From Tubiluchus corallicola (lineage: Eukaryota; Animalia; Priapulida), in assembly GCA_030141605.1 (NCBI GenBank), contig JAQGDQ010000395.1, positions 124,001 to 188,000 on the forward strand: 64,000 nucleotides of DNA. The letters are read 5' to 3'. This document shows, piece by piece, positions 14,935-28,590 of the stretch. The stretch's first letter is position 1; each line of letters starts with the position of its first letter. Under the pieces are notes generated by a model. The model did not search any database. It was not told the origin of the DNA and was given only the letters and a program-made list of their open reading frames with translations. The position numbers and the translations under genes were made by a program.

Positions 14935-15461
14935 GTCTACGGCGACATCACGTTGAAAACATCGGTTCTCGTCTGATCACCGAAGTTAAGCAACGTAGAG
15001 CCTGGTTAGTACTTGGATGGGTGACCGCCTAGGAATACCAGGTGCCGTAGGCTTGCGGTATGCCCACACTGTATCTCGACACTAGGCGGAGGAGCTGCAC
15101 AAGCAGCAGGTCAAGTGACCCAACGGCCATGTGTAGAGGAGTAAACCTTCCAAATCAGGAGTGGAGCCCTGAAGGCGGACCAGTACAGCATGCTCACTGA
15201 CTCCGGCAGCTCCTGCAGCCAACCTGGCGCCAAACGTATCACTCTGCTTTCGTTTGAACTACACCAGGGAGGAAGAGAGGGGGTTCCTGTTGTCTAGGCA
15301 ACTCAGGATCTCCATACACCTTGCCCAGGCGTGCGCCCTGGAGACGTTCAAGGATCGGACTGCTCAGCCACAGTCGACGCTGCAGCTCCAACAATGTGAT
15401 CAATAACTGACTCTCTTGGCGCACAGTCCATTGTCTTCCGAGACAGAAGGATGCCAACAAC
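14935..15461 (+). mobile_element. 5S-RTE SINE, copy 2
   Basis: 5S head 14935-15054 (GTCTACGGCGACATCACGTTG...GTAGGCTT); body with a short internal deletion; tail ...GAAGGATGCCAACAAC; imperfect TSD TTTGCTAC(A/C)TT. Confidence 0.92.
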
Positions 15462-17154
15462 TTTGCTACCTTGCTCACTTGGCTATTTTGCTTTCTTCAG
15501 TTTATTAGTCTACAAACCTTAAAATACTCGTCATCTTAGAGTTTATTCTTCCTGAAACTAACAATTGACCCATCGTCCACTCTTTGGCCTTCGGTCGCTT
15601 AGCCTCTTGGTCGTTCTCCGATTCAACCCGAAAGTGAGGTTTACTAGCTGTACCCAATCTATGCCTCAAATCCTCTACATTGAAGACAAGACTGAGATTA
15701 TGGCAAAGTTGTAAAGCTTTGCTTTTTCACGTGTACGTATTAGAGGAACAAAATCTGATTTGTATTGAGGTTGCGGTTACAATTTTGACATCATCTTTAC
15801 CAGGGTAGTTTAGTTAAAAATCAGAACATCATTTTACGTGATAATAATAATTATTATTACTGCAAATAAGTAATAAGATCGTTTACCAGGCCTGTATTGC
15901 AAAAAGAAATAACTATATATATATATATATATATGATATATATAATATATATAATATATGATATTTTTGTTACAGTTACTTCCTTTATATTTAAAAATGT
16001 TACATTATTGTTAGAGAATGAAAACTTGTTTCAACATTGTAAATTTGATCGTAACTTGTTAACAGAGAGCTACCTATAAGTGCTCTGCCTGCGTGGCTTT
16101 TCCCTTTGCTCTTGTGTAACATTGCATTACTATTTTAAAAAAATTAAATCAATAAATCAATCAATCTATCTACATTTTTCAGAAGTCAGCTATGCAAACT
16201 GTTCACATGCAAACAGTAGCGTTCACGACTTCATTATCTTTCACCAAGCGGACGTTAACAAGACATAATTTAACAGACGGGAGACAGAGATCTTGAGTTA
16301 CTATTACAGGGCACATTATTATGGCTATTCGTTACATGCAAATGTTAATTGTTATGAATAAATTAACGTTAACGAGTCGATAAGCTCTGGAAACTGTCCA
16401 GTTATTCAGGATAACCGGGATGAAAGTTCGATGACACTATAATCTTACGCAATAAAAAACGAGGAAAAATTAATAAATAATAATTAATAAAAATTGACGG
16501 AAAAATTATCTGCGAATTTATTGAATCACGGACGATGAAGCCATTGAATTACTCCACGCTGCATGATTGGAGAGCACTTGCTACAGCCACTACATGAACA
16601 CCATTTCTATGAATTAAGCACTACAATAACAAGAGAACGTGTCAGAGAAGTGGTTTGCACACTACTCCATTTCCATATTAGTAAATACTGAAGTTTGCAT
16701 AGAGTGACTTATTTTCGCCATGCTCAGGAAGTTGCTTCAACCACTTATCTGTTATAGCTTGTTTTGTGTAATGAAGCACTGAGAGTGCACGTTGGCGCTG
16801 CTTCACTGAAGTGGGTGGGCACCCACCAACACGGTTGAATAAGTTTGATAAAAGATTTATACATATTAGACTTAATAGCCATTGGTCATTAGGCAGTAAT
16901 GCCAAAATGCACATTTGTAACTTCACATCTATAATTATAGTGGCTACATCAGTTCATTGGTAAATGCTGCATCAAATTTTCAGCTCAAAGATCAACAAAT
17001 ATTCCTTATCGTCATCGCCATCGCTATATGACTATGACATTGTTATCACTGTCATTATTTTAACAGATGTTAGTTAAAACTTGTTAAAGTGATCATTGTC
17101 AATTGTAAATTAAATGTTAATAGTAGGTAGTGGTGGCGCTTTTATGCTGCTTCT

Positions 17155-18436
<1,282 letters not shown>

Positions 18437-19676
18437 AATAACACCGCAGTTTTCCTCACGCGCAAAAAGATTTTCCAGTTCACGCGTCTAATGCGTTTCG
18501 TATCGATCAAACTCGGACTTTTCACGTTCAGCGTTGCGTCAAACTCACTAAAGTCATTTAATATACAAAACTTTCACCTTTTCGCGCCTGTGTTTTAGCC
18601 ATTGACTGAGTGTCACCTGACTCTTAGCGGTTTTGAAAACGTACTGTCACAATCGATTTCTAAAATCAGTATGCAAAACCCTTCTTCTCAAGTATTGATA
18701 TTTCTTAATGCACAGATAAAAGTGGTATTACGCACTTTGTTGTTGATTTGGAAAATGGAAAAAGTATTATATTCATACTCGAATAATCTTTAATGCACTC
18801 AACTCATATCAAGTTTGAAAAGACGGTATTGACTGGATACTAGAAGCTGGTGCAGGGATAATATGACAGTGGAAAAGATAAGAGTCATGTTAGACTTTCG
18901 ACAAAAATCACAATGCGTGTAAAACGCTAGGAGCATTAATTTAGTACTAGCAAAGGCCCCGCAAAAGATTTTGCGTATAAATACACGTGTAATCAATAAT
19001 ACGCGAACATCCTACATAGTCCTCAAAAATACGCGAACATCCTGCCTATTGTTTGTTTACTTACCTAACGCAAAGCCAGCAGCAGCAGCTTTTGCTGAAT
19101 TAAAGCTATAAGCAAAGTACAATGGATGACGTCACAACAATGGCATGCGTCAGCAGTTTTCTAAACGAAAATTGCCGAAAATAGAACATCTAATTAACTC
19201 CTCGCTACTCCTCTCAGTGGACGTGCCCTAAAATGTAGCCTACATCATCGTGTAGCCCCGTTCTTTCTCTTTCTAAAGAGTCATATATCTCCTTCCGAGA
19301 GTCCCACCAGGCGCCGCCAGAGCGTTTTTTCCGCAAGCTGTTTGGTCAAAATTTCGAAAAAATCGCGAGTTGATGTTAATACATCGACATTAATTTTCAC
19401 ATACAATAGTAGTTTTACTGTAATATATATATATATTTATGTATATGATATATATACGAAGTTGAGTGAAAACTTACTTATCTCTCCCAAGTAACACTAC
19501 TGTTTTTTCAACTGTTCACTAAAACTAAAATTGAACTTTAAAATTTGAACTTTGATTGTGAAGATTATTTTGCTCCAGAACGAGACGGGCACTTAACTAC
19601 TTCAGCTGCCGACATTGACGAAACATTTAATTTTGTTTACCACACAGGAAATAGAGTTCGCTTTGTAGTGGGTAGA

Positions 19677-20302
19677 TCAAAAAGCCCCGAGAAGGAGATG
19701 TAATTTAGGATTGAATAGTGCCAGGGAAAGCAGGCCATTTGGACACGAATCTGTTAACAAACACTCGCAGATAAATTGCACCATTGTCCAAGGGCAAAGC
19801 CATGCACTGGACTGTAAATTTCTTTTGCCTGAGACTTTTTCTGCAAACTTCACTATTCCGAGTAAAACCGTATAACCTCTTTTTGCAGGATGCTCTACAA
19901 GATGTTCACAAAACTTGCTCTTTTGGTACAACAGCGACACTTTGTGCCACCGTCTCTCCGCTGACCAGTTTACGGCTGCCCTCATATCTGAGTCATTTAC
20001 ATTGGAATTAGCATTAGCATCTACGTGCACCATTCACCTACGTCCATTATTGTGGAGCATTAATCAAGTTTGGCTTGTGCCCATTCTTTTGTGTAAAAAT
20101 CATACGCGCCTGATTACTGACTGAACAATCAATATGACTGCTATCAAGTGCAGCTGTAGCTGACAGCTTATACATGCTAATAATCAACAGTGTTTTTTAC
20201 TAATGGAAGCCTGGCAGTTTCGTCTAATATAGCCCGTCGATATACGGCGTCCTCACCTCTATTGTCTGTTATAAAGCTTATTAATCGTATTGATACAGTC
20301 AC
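19677..20302 (-). pseudogene. Degenerate ankyrin-repeat-like coding remnant
   Basis: Minus-strand fragments in different frames resemble the ankyrin consensus (GAxxNxxDxxGxTALHxAAxxGHxxIVK): TDNRGEDAVYRRA, ANSNVNDSDMRAAVNWSAERRWHKV, PAKRGYTVLLGIVK. Interrupted by stops and frameshifts. Confidence 0.45.
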
Positions 20303-20829
20303 TGAAATGGGTACAAAACACCAGTTTAACGTGTTTACCAAAAGTTTCTTTATTCTGAAATACAATTATTAACATTTAGTTTAATTTGCATTGAGTAGAA
20401 GAAAATTAGTTGCATGATTAAATGTATTGCTATAACTAAGTACTGATATAAAAATTATGTAGACTATATTGAAATTAATTAACAATAACTTACGTTGTTA
20501 GAGCCTTTAACAGTTACAAAGACAGGAATGAGAACTCCAAGTTGCCTTAAGAACAACAATGTCACAACAATAAATTCGTAAGAAATTTACAGTCATAATG
20601 CTCATCACAGTCAGAAAAATAGAGCAATGGCGGAGAGAACCAAAAGACGGGTAAAATGTCATACAACTACTACAGCTATAGCTCACGAAAGGCCAAAATG
20701 CTAATGTATTGAAGGATAGATGCTTCAATTTTAAAAGAGTGACTACTATAAAAAACTAAATGCCTACTAAATAAACAAACAGGTGGCAGCACCATGGCAG
20801 TAATTGAAAACTAAATTAAAACCAAAAAA
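20303..20829 (-). mobile_element. Dispersed ~525-bp repeat, LTR-3'-end-like, copy 1
   Basis: Highly similar to 35964-36493. On the minus strand it ends TTTCAG-AATAAAG...GTGTTTTGTACCCATTTCA, with homology ending exactly at CA. Confidence 0.6.
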
Positions 20830-21046
20830 GTGCCTACTACACTCACATTGTCACTGTTGGTGATTGCCGTATTCTGCAGCTGTTTTTAAACAAATTGCTA
20901 TTCTACCGCTTGGAGGTATCCATTTATGCTAACACGCATATTAGCTACATGCAATTCTTGCATAAATTTCGCAAAGAAGCAGTTAAATTTAGTGATACAT
21001 CGCTTACTTGTATTGTTTGCTTTTTAGCTGTTTCTCGGTTGCTGAA

Positions 21047-21400
21047 TCGTCTGGTCGTTCATTCGTAGACACATTCACTCATTCGTTCACTAATTCGCTC
21101 ACACACTCCCTTGCTCACCAGTCAGTCACTCTGTCACTCACTAGTCGCTTCCATCTCTTCTCGCTTGCTGATCATCTGGTGGCTCATTCGTAGACACATT
21201 CACTCATTTGTTCACTAATTCGCTCACACACTCCCTCGCTCACCATTCAAACACTCTGTCACTCACTAGTCGCATTCACTTTTTCTTGCTTGCTGATCGT
21301 CTGGTCGTTCATTCGTAGACACATTCACTCATTCGTTCACTAATTCGCTCACACACTCCCTCGCTCACTAGTCAGTCACTCTCTATTCACTTTTTCTCGC
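21047..21400. repeat. ~125-bp tandem repeat x~3
   Basis: ATTCGTAGACACATTCACTCATT(C/T)GTTCACTAATTCGCTCACACACTCCC at 21061, 21186 and 21311. Confidence 0.88.
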
Positions 21401-21501
21401 TGGCTAGTTTGCTGGTGGCCGCCACCGCCGCATTTGGTTCATTGATGCTGATGTTGAATTTTGTGAAGTTATTAATGCTGCTGCAACTTTTTTGCTAATA
21501 C

Positions 21502-22039
21502 TTGTTGTTGGCATCCTTCTGCCTCGGAAGACAATGGAGTGTGCTCTAAGAGAGTCAGTTATTGATCACATTGATGGAGCTGCAGAGTCGACTGTGGCTG
21601 AGCAGTCTGATCCTTGAACTACTGGAGTGGCCTCTCCAGGGCGCACTACCTGGGCAAGGTGTATAGAGATCCTGAGTTGCCCAGGCAACACGAACCCCCT
21701 CTCTTCCTCCCTGGTGTAGTCCAAAGGAAAGCGGAGCGATACGTTTGGCACCAGGTTGGCTGCAGGAGCTGCCGGAGTCAGTGAGCATGCTGCACTGGTC
21801 CGCCTTCGGGGCTCCACTCCTGATTTGGAAGGTTTACTCCTCTACACATAGCCGTTGGGTCACTTAACCTCATCCGCCCTCTAGCCGTTGGCTGCATGTG
21901 CAGCTCCTCCACCTAGTGTCAAGATACAGCGAGGGCATCCCGCAAGCCTACAGCACCTGGTATTCCTAGGCGGTCACCCATCCAAGTACTAACCACGCTC
22001 TACGAGAACCGGTGTTTTCAACCTGATATGGCCGTAGAT
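21502..22039 (-). mobile_element. 5S-RTE SINE, copy 3 (5S box A deleted)
   Basis: Same architecture with a (CAA)n tail; TSD-like TTTGCTAAT on both sides; the head lacks ~24 nt between ACG microhomologies. Confidence 0.92.
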
Positions 22040-22621
22040 ATTTGCTAATTACGGCAAAGTATACTACCAACCCACTAAATAACCCACCCACTCTTAGACG
22101 CATAAAATCTATTGTCCTATTGGCAGAATTTTAAGCGTTTTAGCACAGCCTAGCATAGCTGATCGCCTTGATTTTTTCGATCAAACTTTTATAATAGCTT
22201 TAAGTCGTACGAAATGCAATATAACGTGTAAATCGATTGATGCTACTATTGCAACATCTCTCGCAGGAGCGGTTGAACATGCATGTATAGGATGAATAGT
22301 GACTGTCGTACTTACTCTTTCAATGTGCACTTTAAGTAGACCAGAAAATCTATAGGAAGTAGCAATGAGAGCTCTAGCACACCCATTTTCTGTTCACGAA
22401 AGTCTACTGCAATACTGTTGTTGAAAAAGTCTTTTTTGTGTATATTAAACTCGTTGAAACATCCTTGCATCGACTTGCTTTTTTCGGTTCAGGCAACTGA
22501 TATTATAAAGTTGCAAAGGGTTTAGATAATTTTTAAATTCGGGACTTCCTGAGTGGAATGTGACGCAAAGTTGTAGTATAACATAACTCTGAGTTGCTGC
22601 TAAACCGAAAATTCGTGTTAA

Positions 22622-23313
22622 AGTACACGAAAACCCTTCATAAACATAAAGCTTAAAAAATTGTTTTGAAATTTTATATCACTTACATACTGCCTTTTTG
22701 CGTGCAGGACTTCAATCGGCAGTCACGCTGTATAAAACATGTAAATTTAAACTCCCGCGATGACCGTTAGACGCAGCCATTTTCACGACAGGTCGTTTGA
22801 AACAAGTTTAGATAACATTTTGTAAAGTTTGAAAAAATAATCAGTAGTAGTATCAGCATTCGTAGCGCACACGTCACTAACTAAGTAAAATTTAAAATTA
22901 CTGTATCTTGTCAATAAGATTAAAAATACGTTTTTTGGTTACTGAGTGGTGCACCCTGGAGGGTGAGTCAGCGAGATTTTACCAATTGGTGAAAACATTT
23001 TAAATAATTAATAATTTTCTTTTCTAGTACATGAATCTTTCTAGCAGGTAAGCAAAAATCTAAGTAATATAGATTTGCAAGGAAAGTCTTTTGAGATATA
23101 ATTTAACATTGCCTTTTCTTCCCTTGACTTACGTTTGTTACATGACGTCACGTAATGGCGACTTCGGAACAATATTGCGGGATATTTAAAATGAAAACAA
23201 ACTAAAATTCCTTTCAGTGCGAGTACGATATACGCATAAAATTGCTATAAAGTAATATAATTTTTTAAGATGATTTTTCTGAAACCTACTTCAGGTACCT
23301 CTTTTCTTGTCCT
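22622..23313 (-). mobile_element. Kolobok/T2-like MITE family A, copy 2 (longest)
   Basis: TTAA|AGTACACGAAAACCCTTC ... CTCTTTTCTTGTCCT|TTAA; reverse complement of 30484-31111. Confidence 0.85.
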
Positions 23314-23623
23314 TTAAGCCTATACATATAGACTTAAATCAGGGTTTATGAGATTGATTGTATATGAATTCCCTTCGCTTACCTTATTTTGGTATCAGTA
23401 TTTTTTTATTATCTCAGGTTTTACTACCTGAGTGCATCAAACTATTGCAAAATATACAAATACATTGAAATATCGAAATGAAATTTTTCAAAGAAGCGTT
23501 AATTTACAACAAAGGGAAGAATCTCTTTAAAATTTGGTCATAACAAGAGTTGTACATGCTTCTCCACGACACCTCAATATTTTTTTGTAGAAAGCTAATA
23601 TAAATTACTGTAGCGTAAACAGG

Positions 23624-23659
<36 letters not shown>

Positions 23660-24307
23660 CTTTATTTGCCATTAAAATACATTGATAATCACTGATAAAA
23701 ACTTTACAGAGATGATCAATCAGTGTTAGTTAATAAAAACTTACACTGCTAAAGGCAAATGCGTCAGTGCAATCTAAACTACTGTGCAGTAATGGAAAGT
23801 AACGACGAATAAAATCAAACATATTTACAACTATGCACAAAAAATGAAAAAAACTAAGATTTAATTAATGTGGCCGTGGATATATGAATTCTGAATTAGT
23901 GTGCATGTATTCGTACTGGAAAAGCTTAAATTTAACGCAATTTTCGCAGAATGGTTACTATTATGCGTCAACTGTCCAAACTATCTTAATCATTTTAACT
24001 CTTTGTCACACATATCAATAAGTATCATGCGACTTTTTGTGAAATTTCGATTTCTCACTCAAATAGGAATCCCAGCTTCATGCCAGTATGTATCATATAC
24101 ATTTCATGCGCATGATAAAGATTCCCCACTTCCCAGTGCATTTTCTCACTCTTTCTCTTTCACAAACTTTCCATTTACTGGCTAGATTTAGGTTAGCTTA
24201 ACTTTGGTCGCTTAGCAAAAACCATGATATCCACATCGCCTTCTAAAGTTGCCTAAACTTGACTGTAGCAGTTTTTGGATTGTGACGCAAAAGAAATTGC
24301 GAACCTA

Positions 24308-24810
24308 GCCACTGGGGGGGGGGGCAAGCCAGCCCAACTCAGTGCCGGTCCCAAGCCCGGATAAATAGGGAGGGTTAGGGTCAGGAAGGGCGTCCGCCTG
24401 TAAAAACTGCGCCAAAACCTACCATGAATGAGTCGGCGAGACTTAAAGGTAAAGTCCACAAAGAAGTGGTCAGGCCCGCTCTAATCTATGGGCTGGAAGC
24501 AGCTCCTGTAAAGAAGACCGAAGAGAAGAAAATGGGGGTGGTGGAGATGAGGATGTTGAGATGGATGGTGGGAATAACAAGAAGAGATAAAATTAGAAAT
24601 AATAATATCAGAGGAACAGTAAAAGTAGTGGAAGCCTCGCAAGATTGCGATGGTATGGACACCTGAAAAGAAGAGTCGGTGAAGATCATGTGGGAAGGGA
24701 AGACATAAATGAAGAGATGGTCAACAACAGGAATGCGTGGAGAAGACTCATTCACAACGGCGACCCCGAATAGGGAAAAGCTGGGAAGAAGAAGAAGAAG
24801 AAGAAGAAGG
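24308..24810 (+). mobile_element. Internally deleted (bipartite) non-autonomous RTE-clade retroelement (Rex3/Expander-like)
   Basis: 5' UTR motif GTGCCGGTCCCAAGCCCGGATAAATAGGGAGGG; ATG fused to the RT C-terminal region (KGKVHKEVVRPALIYGLE...EMRMLRWMVGITRRDKIRN); 3' end GGCGACCCCGAATAGGGAAAAGCTGG(GAA)n. Confidence 0.88.
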
Positions 24811-25619
24811 AGACATGACGATGCTTTGTTTACACGCTTTTCTGTTATTTTTACACGTACAGCATCATTATAGTCGTATGTAAAGCACACCACAGATGTC
24901 ATCTCAATTAAAATAAAGTCAGCAGGCAGTCTGTCCCTTCGCTGAATCTTTTTATTACGACGCAGATGGCAGTCACGTACCTAGTGGAAGAAAGAAAGAA
25001 AATCTGCATGAGCTGATGACGGTAGCGATAACGTCTGTCAGAAGCCATTCTGCAACGTCGAATATCATAATTACTAGACTGTTGTTCTCCCGACGGACCA
25101 TAAATATAGACAGACTGTACAAGCAGAATGTTGTTAGTATACGTATAAGACGCAGAAAGTCGCCCTGTGATGCAGATAAACCGTCACGCGAACCGTCCGC
25201 ATTTCCACCTATCAGAGGGCAGCATCAGTGCTGGTGGTAATCCCGAAGGGGTTCATATTTCCATGTCTTATTTACTTCTGTATCGATTTGGTCCACTGAA
25301 TTCACACACAAAAGGGACCGTAGGAAAGAAAACGTATGGGGACAACACCATTAATCCGGACAGTAGGAGCTTAGTATAATCATTAGCATGCGGCGTGTAG
25401 GCATTGGCGGGCTACCGATTATGTAAATTAACCAAATTGCATCAACAACAATTAATTAATTAATTGGGATAATTAGATTATCTCACCCACCAATAATAAA
25501 AGATGTTAACTTAACCAAAATGACTGTTTTGAAACCAAATTTATCCCAAACAAAACACTGAGCGAAAATGTTTGTAAACACGTTTGGTTTTGAATCGCAA
25601 AGTTTTGGGCTAAAAATCT

Positions 25620-26103
25620 TGTTGCAGGTAAAAATGTTTTGGTCCATTACCCCTTCTCAAGGTAATATATGTATTAGAAGCCACAAAATATTAGACTGTA
25701 GTTCAACAAGCTAAACTACTTTTTCCCAAGGTAGTATATGTATTAGAAGCCACAATATATTAGACTGTAGTTCAACAAGCTAGACTACTTTTTCTACTAT
25801 GACATTATATAGGTGGAACTTGTTATGTACACACGTCTCTGTTACATTTAAAATTTGACTTATAATTATACTGCTACCTTTTACTGACATTCTGGCTTTT
25901 TCTCGACTCAATATTGGACCAACAATGTATGTATGCATTTTAGCTTTTTAGTGTAACGTAGTAATCTGTAGCACTTATTTTTCCAGCACTTATTTCAGTA
26001 GTTCTGTATAGGTAGTAATTGTAGACTACAGAAAATTTGTATTTTTGCAGAATAAACTAACATAGATATGGGAACGCAACTTGGTTTGAGCGTATATATT
26101 ACA
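25620..26103 (+). mobile_element. Solo LTR, copy 1 (with internal ~67-bp tandem duplication)
   Basis: TGTTGCAGG...ATTACA; AATAAA near the 3' end; flanks (A)ATCT/ATCT; closely matches 62859-63269. Confidence 0.85.
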
Positions 26104-26399
26104 ATCTAATTAAACAAAAGTTGAATAAAGGTTAAAAATACTGTGCTGTCCTGACATTTTCCATTTTACACAACGTATTTCAGCTTTGTCTAACTTTGTG
26201 AACAATAAGTTCTTACACAAACAATAGCGCTTTTAATGGGCTATGAAAATTATCCGATGTTGGACATGCTTCATTTGGTAGTTAACGCTGTAGTGTTGCA
26301 TATTTCCTGAACTCTAGAAGCAAGTCGTTCATCATCTCGGATATTTTCTTTGTTGGACGTAGAGGGGTAGAAAATGAACAAGCTTCATTATCTTGTTCC

Positions 26400-26992
26400 A
26401 ATAAGCTTTTTCACAGTTTCGTTGTGCGCACGCGCAGTTGCTGTAGGTCAGAGCTCAGGCGCGTCTTAACTACAACCGTCACGTGACATATGTGTAAAGC
26501 AAAGCCGACTACCGCATCAGTTCAGTAACTTCAGTTGTTTTACGTGGACTTAACAATGTATTAGTCTGTGCGTAGAGTGATTTACAAGCACGATCTTGCT
26601 TGCGAACAAGAAAAAATGAACTACGTATGGTTCTAGTTAACTGTTAAAACTGTTACTATTACAATAGCTTTGACTGTGAGACGTTGTCAAGTGTACATAC
26701 ATACGTCTTAACTAGAACCGTTACGTGATATGCGTGTAAAGCAAAGCCGTCTGCCGCCTCAGTTCATAATTATGCATTAGTTTGTGCATGGAGTGATTTA
26801 CTAGCGGGATATTGCCTGGTAACAAGGAAAAATGAACTAGGTAAGGTACTAGGTAGCTGTTAAAACTGTCACTACTACAACAGCTAAGGCTGCGAGGCGT
26901 TGTCAAGTGTACACAAATGGTTTGTCTGGTATACTTAACCTTTGGCCTTATCACGATCATCATCAATCGCTGTAACTGTGAAAAATCTTATT
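26400..26992. mobile_element. Non-autonomous TIR element with internal ~250-bp dimer, copy 1
   Basis: Termini AATAAGCTTTTTCACAGTT / AACTGTGAAAAATCTTATT; inverted homolog at 50378-51000. Confidence 0.78.
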
Positions 26993-27835
26993 TCACAAAC
27001 TTGTAACTGTTATCTGCAGACTGCTATCTCAATTCAGATCATTTGATATTTTGTTATCTCTAGATGGCGTTTTCTTATTGTTCTTATTCTCTAAAACACT
27101 TGTCAACTTAATGAAGGATTCCTGTTGGTTATCAGGGCACTTTTGACGTTCAGGAGTAGGACTAGTCCCAAGGTTTTCGATAGACATTCGAGCAATCGTA
27201 CGCTTAACTTCACCGCGCGATAAATACGACGCTGGCGAGTCGATCTGGCTTCCAAGCAGGAGAGATAAAGGCTTCAAAAACTGAGAAATCGCAACTTGAA
27301 GGAAGCCACAGATTATCCCCCCGGTAGACGCTTATCTGATGGAGAAAAGTATCCGCTTTTTGTTCAGAGCAACCGCCACCGGCGACACGTCGTAGCGTCG
27401 GAACTACAAATATGATTGATGACTTATCCATTGTTGCTACACACAGCACTCAAAGATCTACTGATTCTTGAATTGCACACGCCACGCTGATAAGGCAAAA
27501 GTTATTTATATGTAAATAAAGTGGCATCATATGTCCCGAGAGCGTGTCTTCAAGTAAACTTTAGTTGGTTTCCATGCGAATGTAATAGATTATGTACAAC
27601 ATGCTAACAGGCGTGAAGATGCCGTCTATTTAAAATTATACTACACTACAGACACAGAGTGGAACGAAAACCTACACATAGTCATAAACAAGCAAATTAG
27701 TACCAATAAAAGCAATAGCTATGTCAGTTGTTACAGATAAATAAAAGCATAATGATTTCTGTGGACTGCTCTGCGATCAACTTAGCAAAACTGCGCACAA
27801 CGTTTTGTAATATACGATATAAGCAGATTCATTAA

Positions 27836-28127
27836 AATGATGATTGTGCGTCTTGGTTGATGAAATGTCAAGCGTATGTTAAATACGAGAAAGTTCTGAC
27901 AAGTTGGAGATGTATAACAGCAATCAGCTATGAAATGATGCTCTTCATACGTATTATCTTATAAATATTTAAGACTAGCATGAGTGCTTGCATGTCATTG
28001 GCACAAAAATTTGAAAACAATTGAACGTATCTGGAAAAAAAGATAGACCATATTTACATATTTTTAGACCATATTTACATGCAGCTCCAGTCAAGTGTAG
28101 GCTGAGTTCAGACCAGATGAGCTATTC
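27836..28127. repeat. ~290-bp segment duplicated in inverted orientation at 39067-39358
   Basis: Near-identical reverse complement; abuts the same MITE terminus in both places. Confidence 0.9.
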
Positions 28128-28131
28128 TTAA

Positions 28132-28531
28132 AACAAAACCGGAACCCAATCTTAAACTCTAGGTCAAAACAATCTACTCCTTAAAACATTGAAAGCAAAC
28201 ATACTTTTTCAAAAACTGACTTTCTTGAAAGAATTATTACCACACAAACACGATTTTGCGTTCGCGCCATTAGTTTCTCGCTGTTACATGCATTTCGGAA
28301 ACGCATTGTACAAAAAATAGGCGCTGTACCTCTCAGTTCAGCTGTGTTAGTTTGTGATGAAATTATGTTAGCTTGTGATGTCATCAATAGTTATGCTCGC
28401 CCGCCGTTAATTAAGTTTTTAATCTATAATTTAATTATCAGAAATGCATTTGCAGTATTAATTCCGTTAAAATGTACACTTTTATCGGATTTGAAAATGG
28501 GGTAGTATATGAAAAATCATCCTGTCTTCCT
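28132..28531 (-). mobile_element. Kolobok/T2-like MITE family B, internally deleted copy
   Basis: TTAA|AACAAAACCGG ... AATCATCCTGTCTTCCT|TTAA; reverse-complement homolog of 38444-39062. Confidence 0.8.
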
Positions 28532-28590
28532 TTAACTTAAAGATTCGGGTTTGTTTCTAAGAATACTGTATTATAATTACAAGTATTTAA

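Noticed and set aside
14935-15054. Functional 5S rRNA genes (also 10284-10403 and the other two heads)
   Set aside because: Dispersed, mutated, lacking an oligo-T terminator, and always fused to the same RTE-derived body with TSDs. They are SINE heads.
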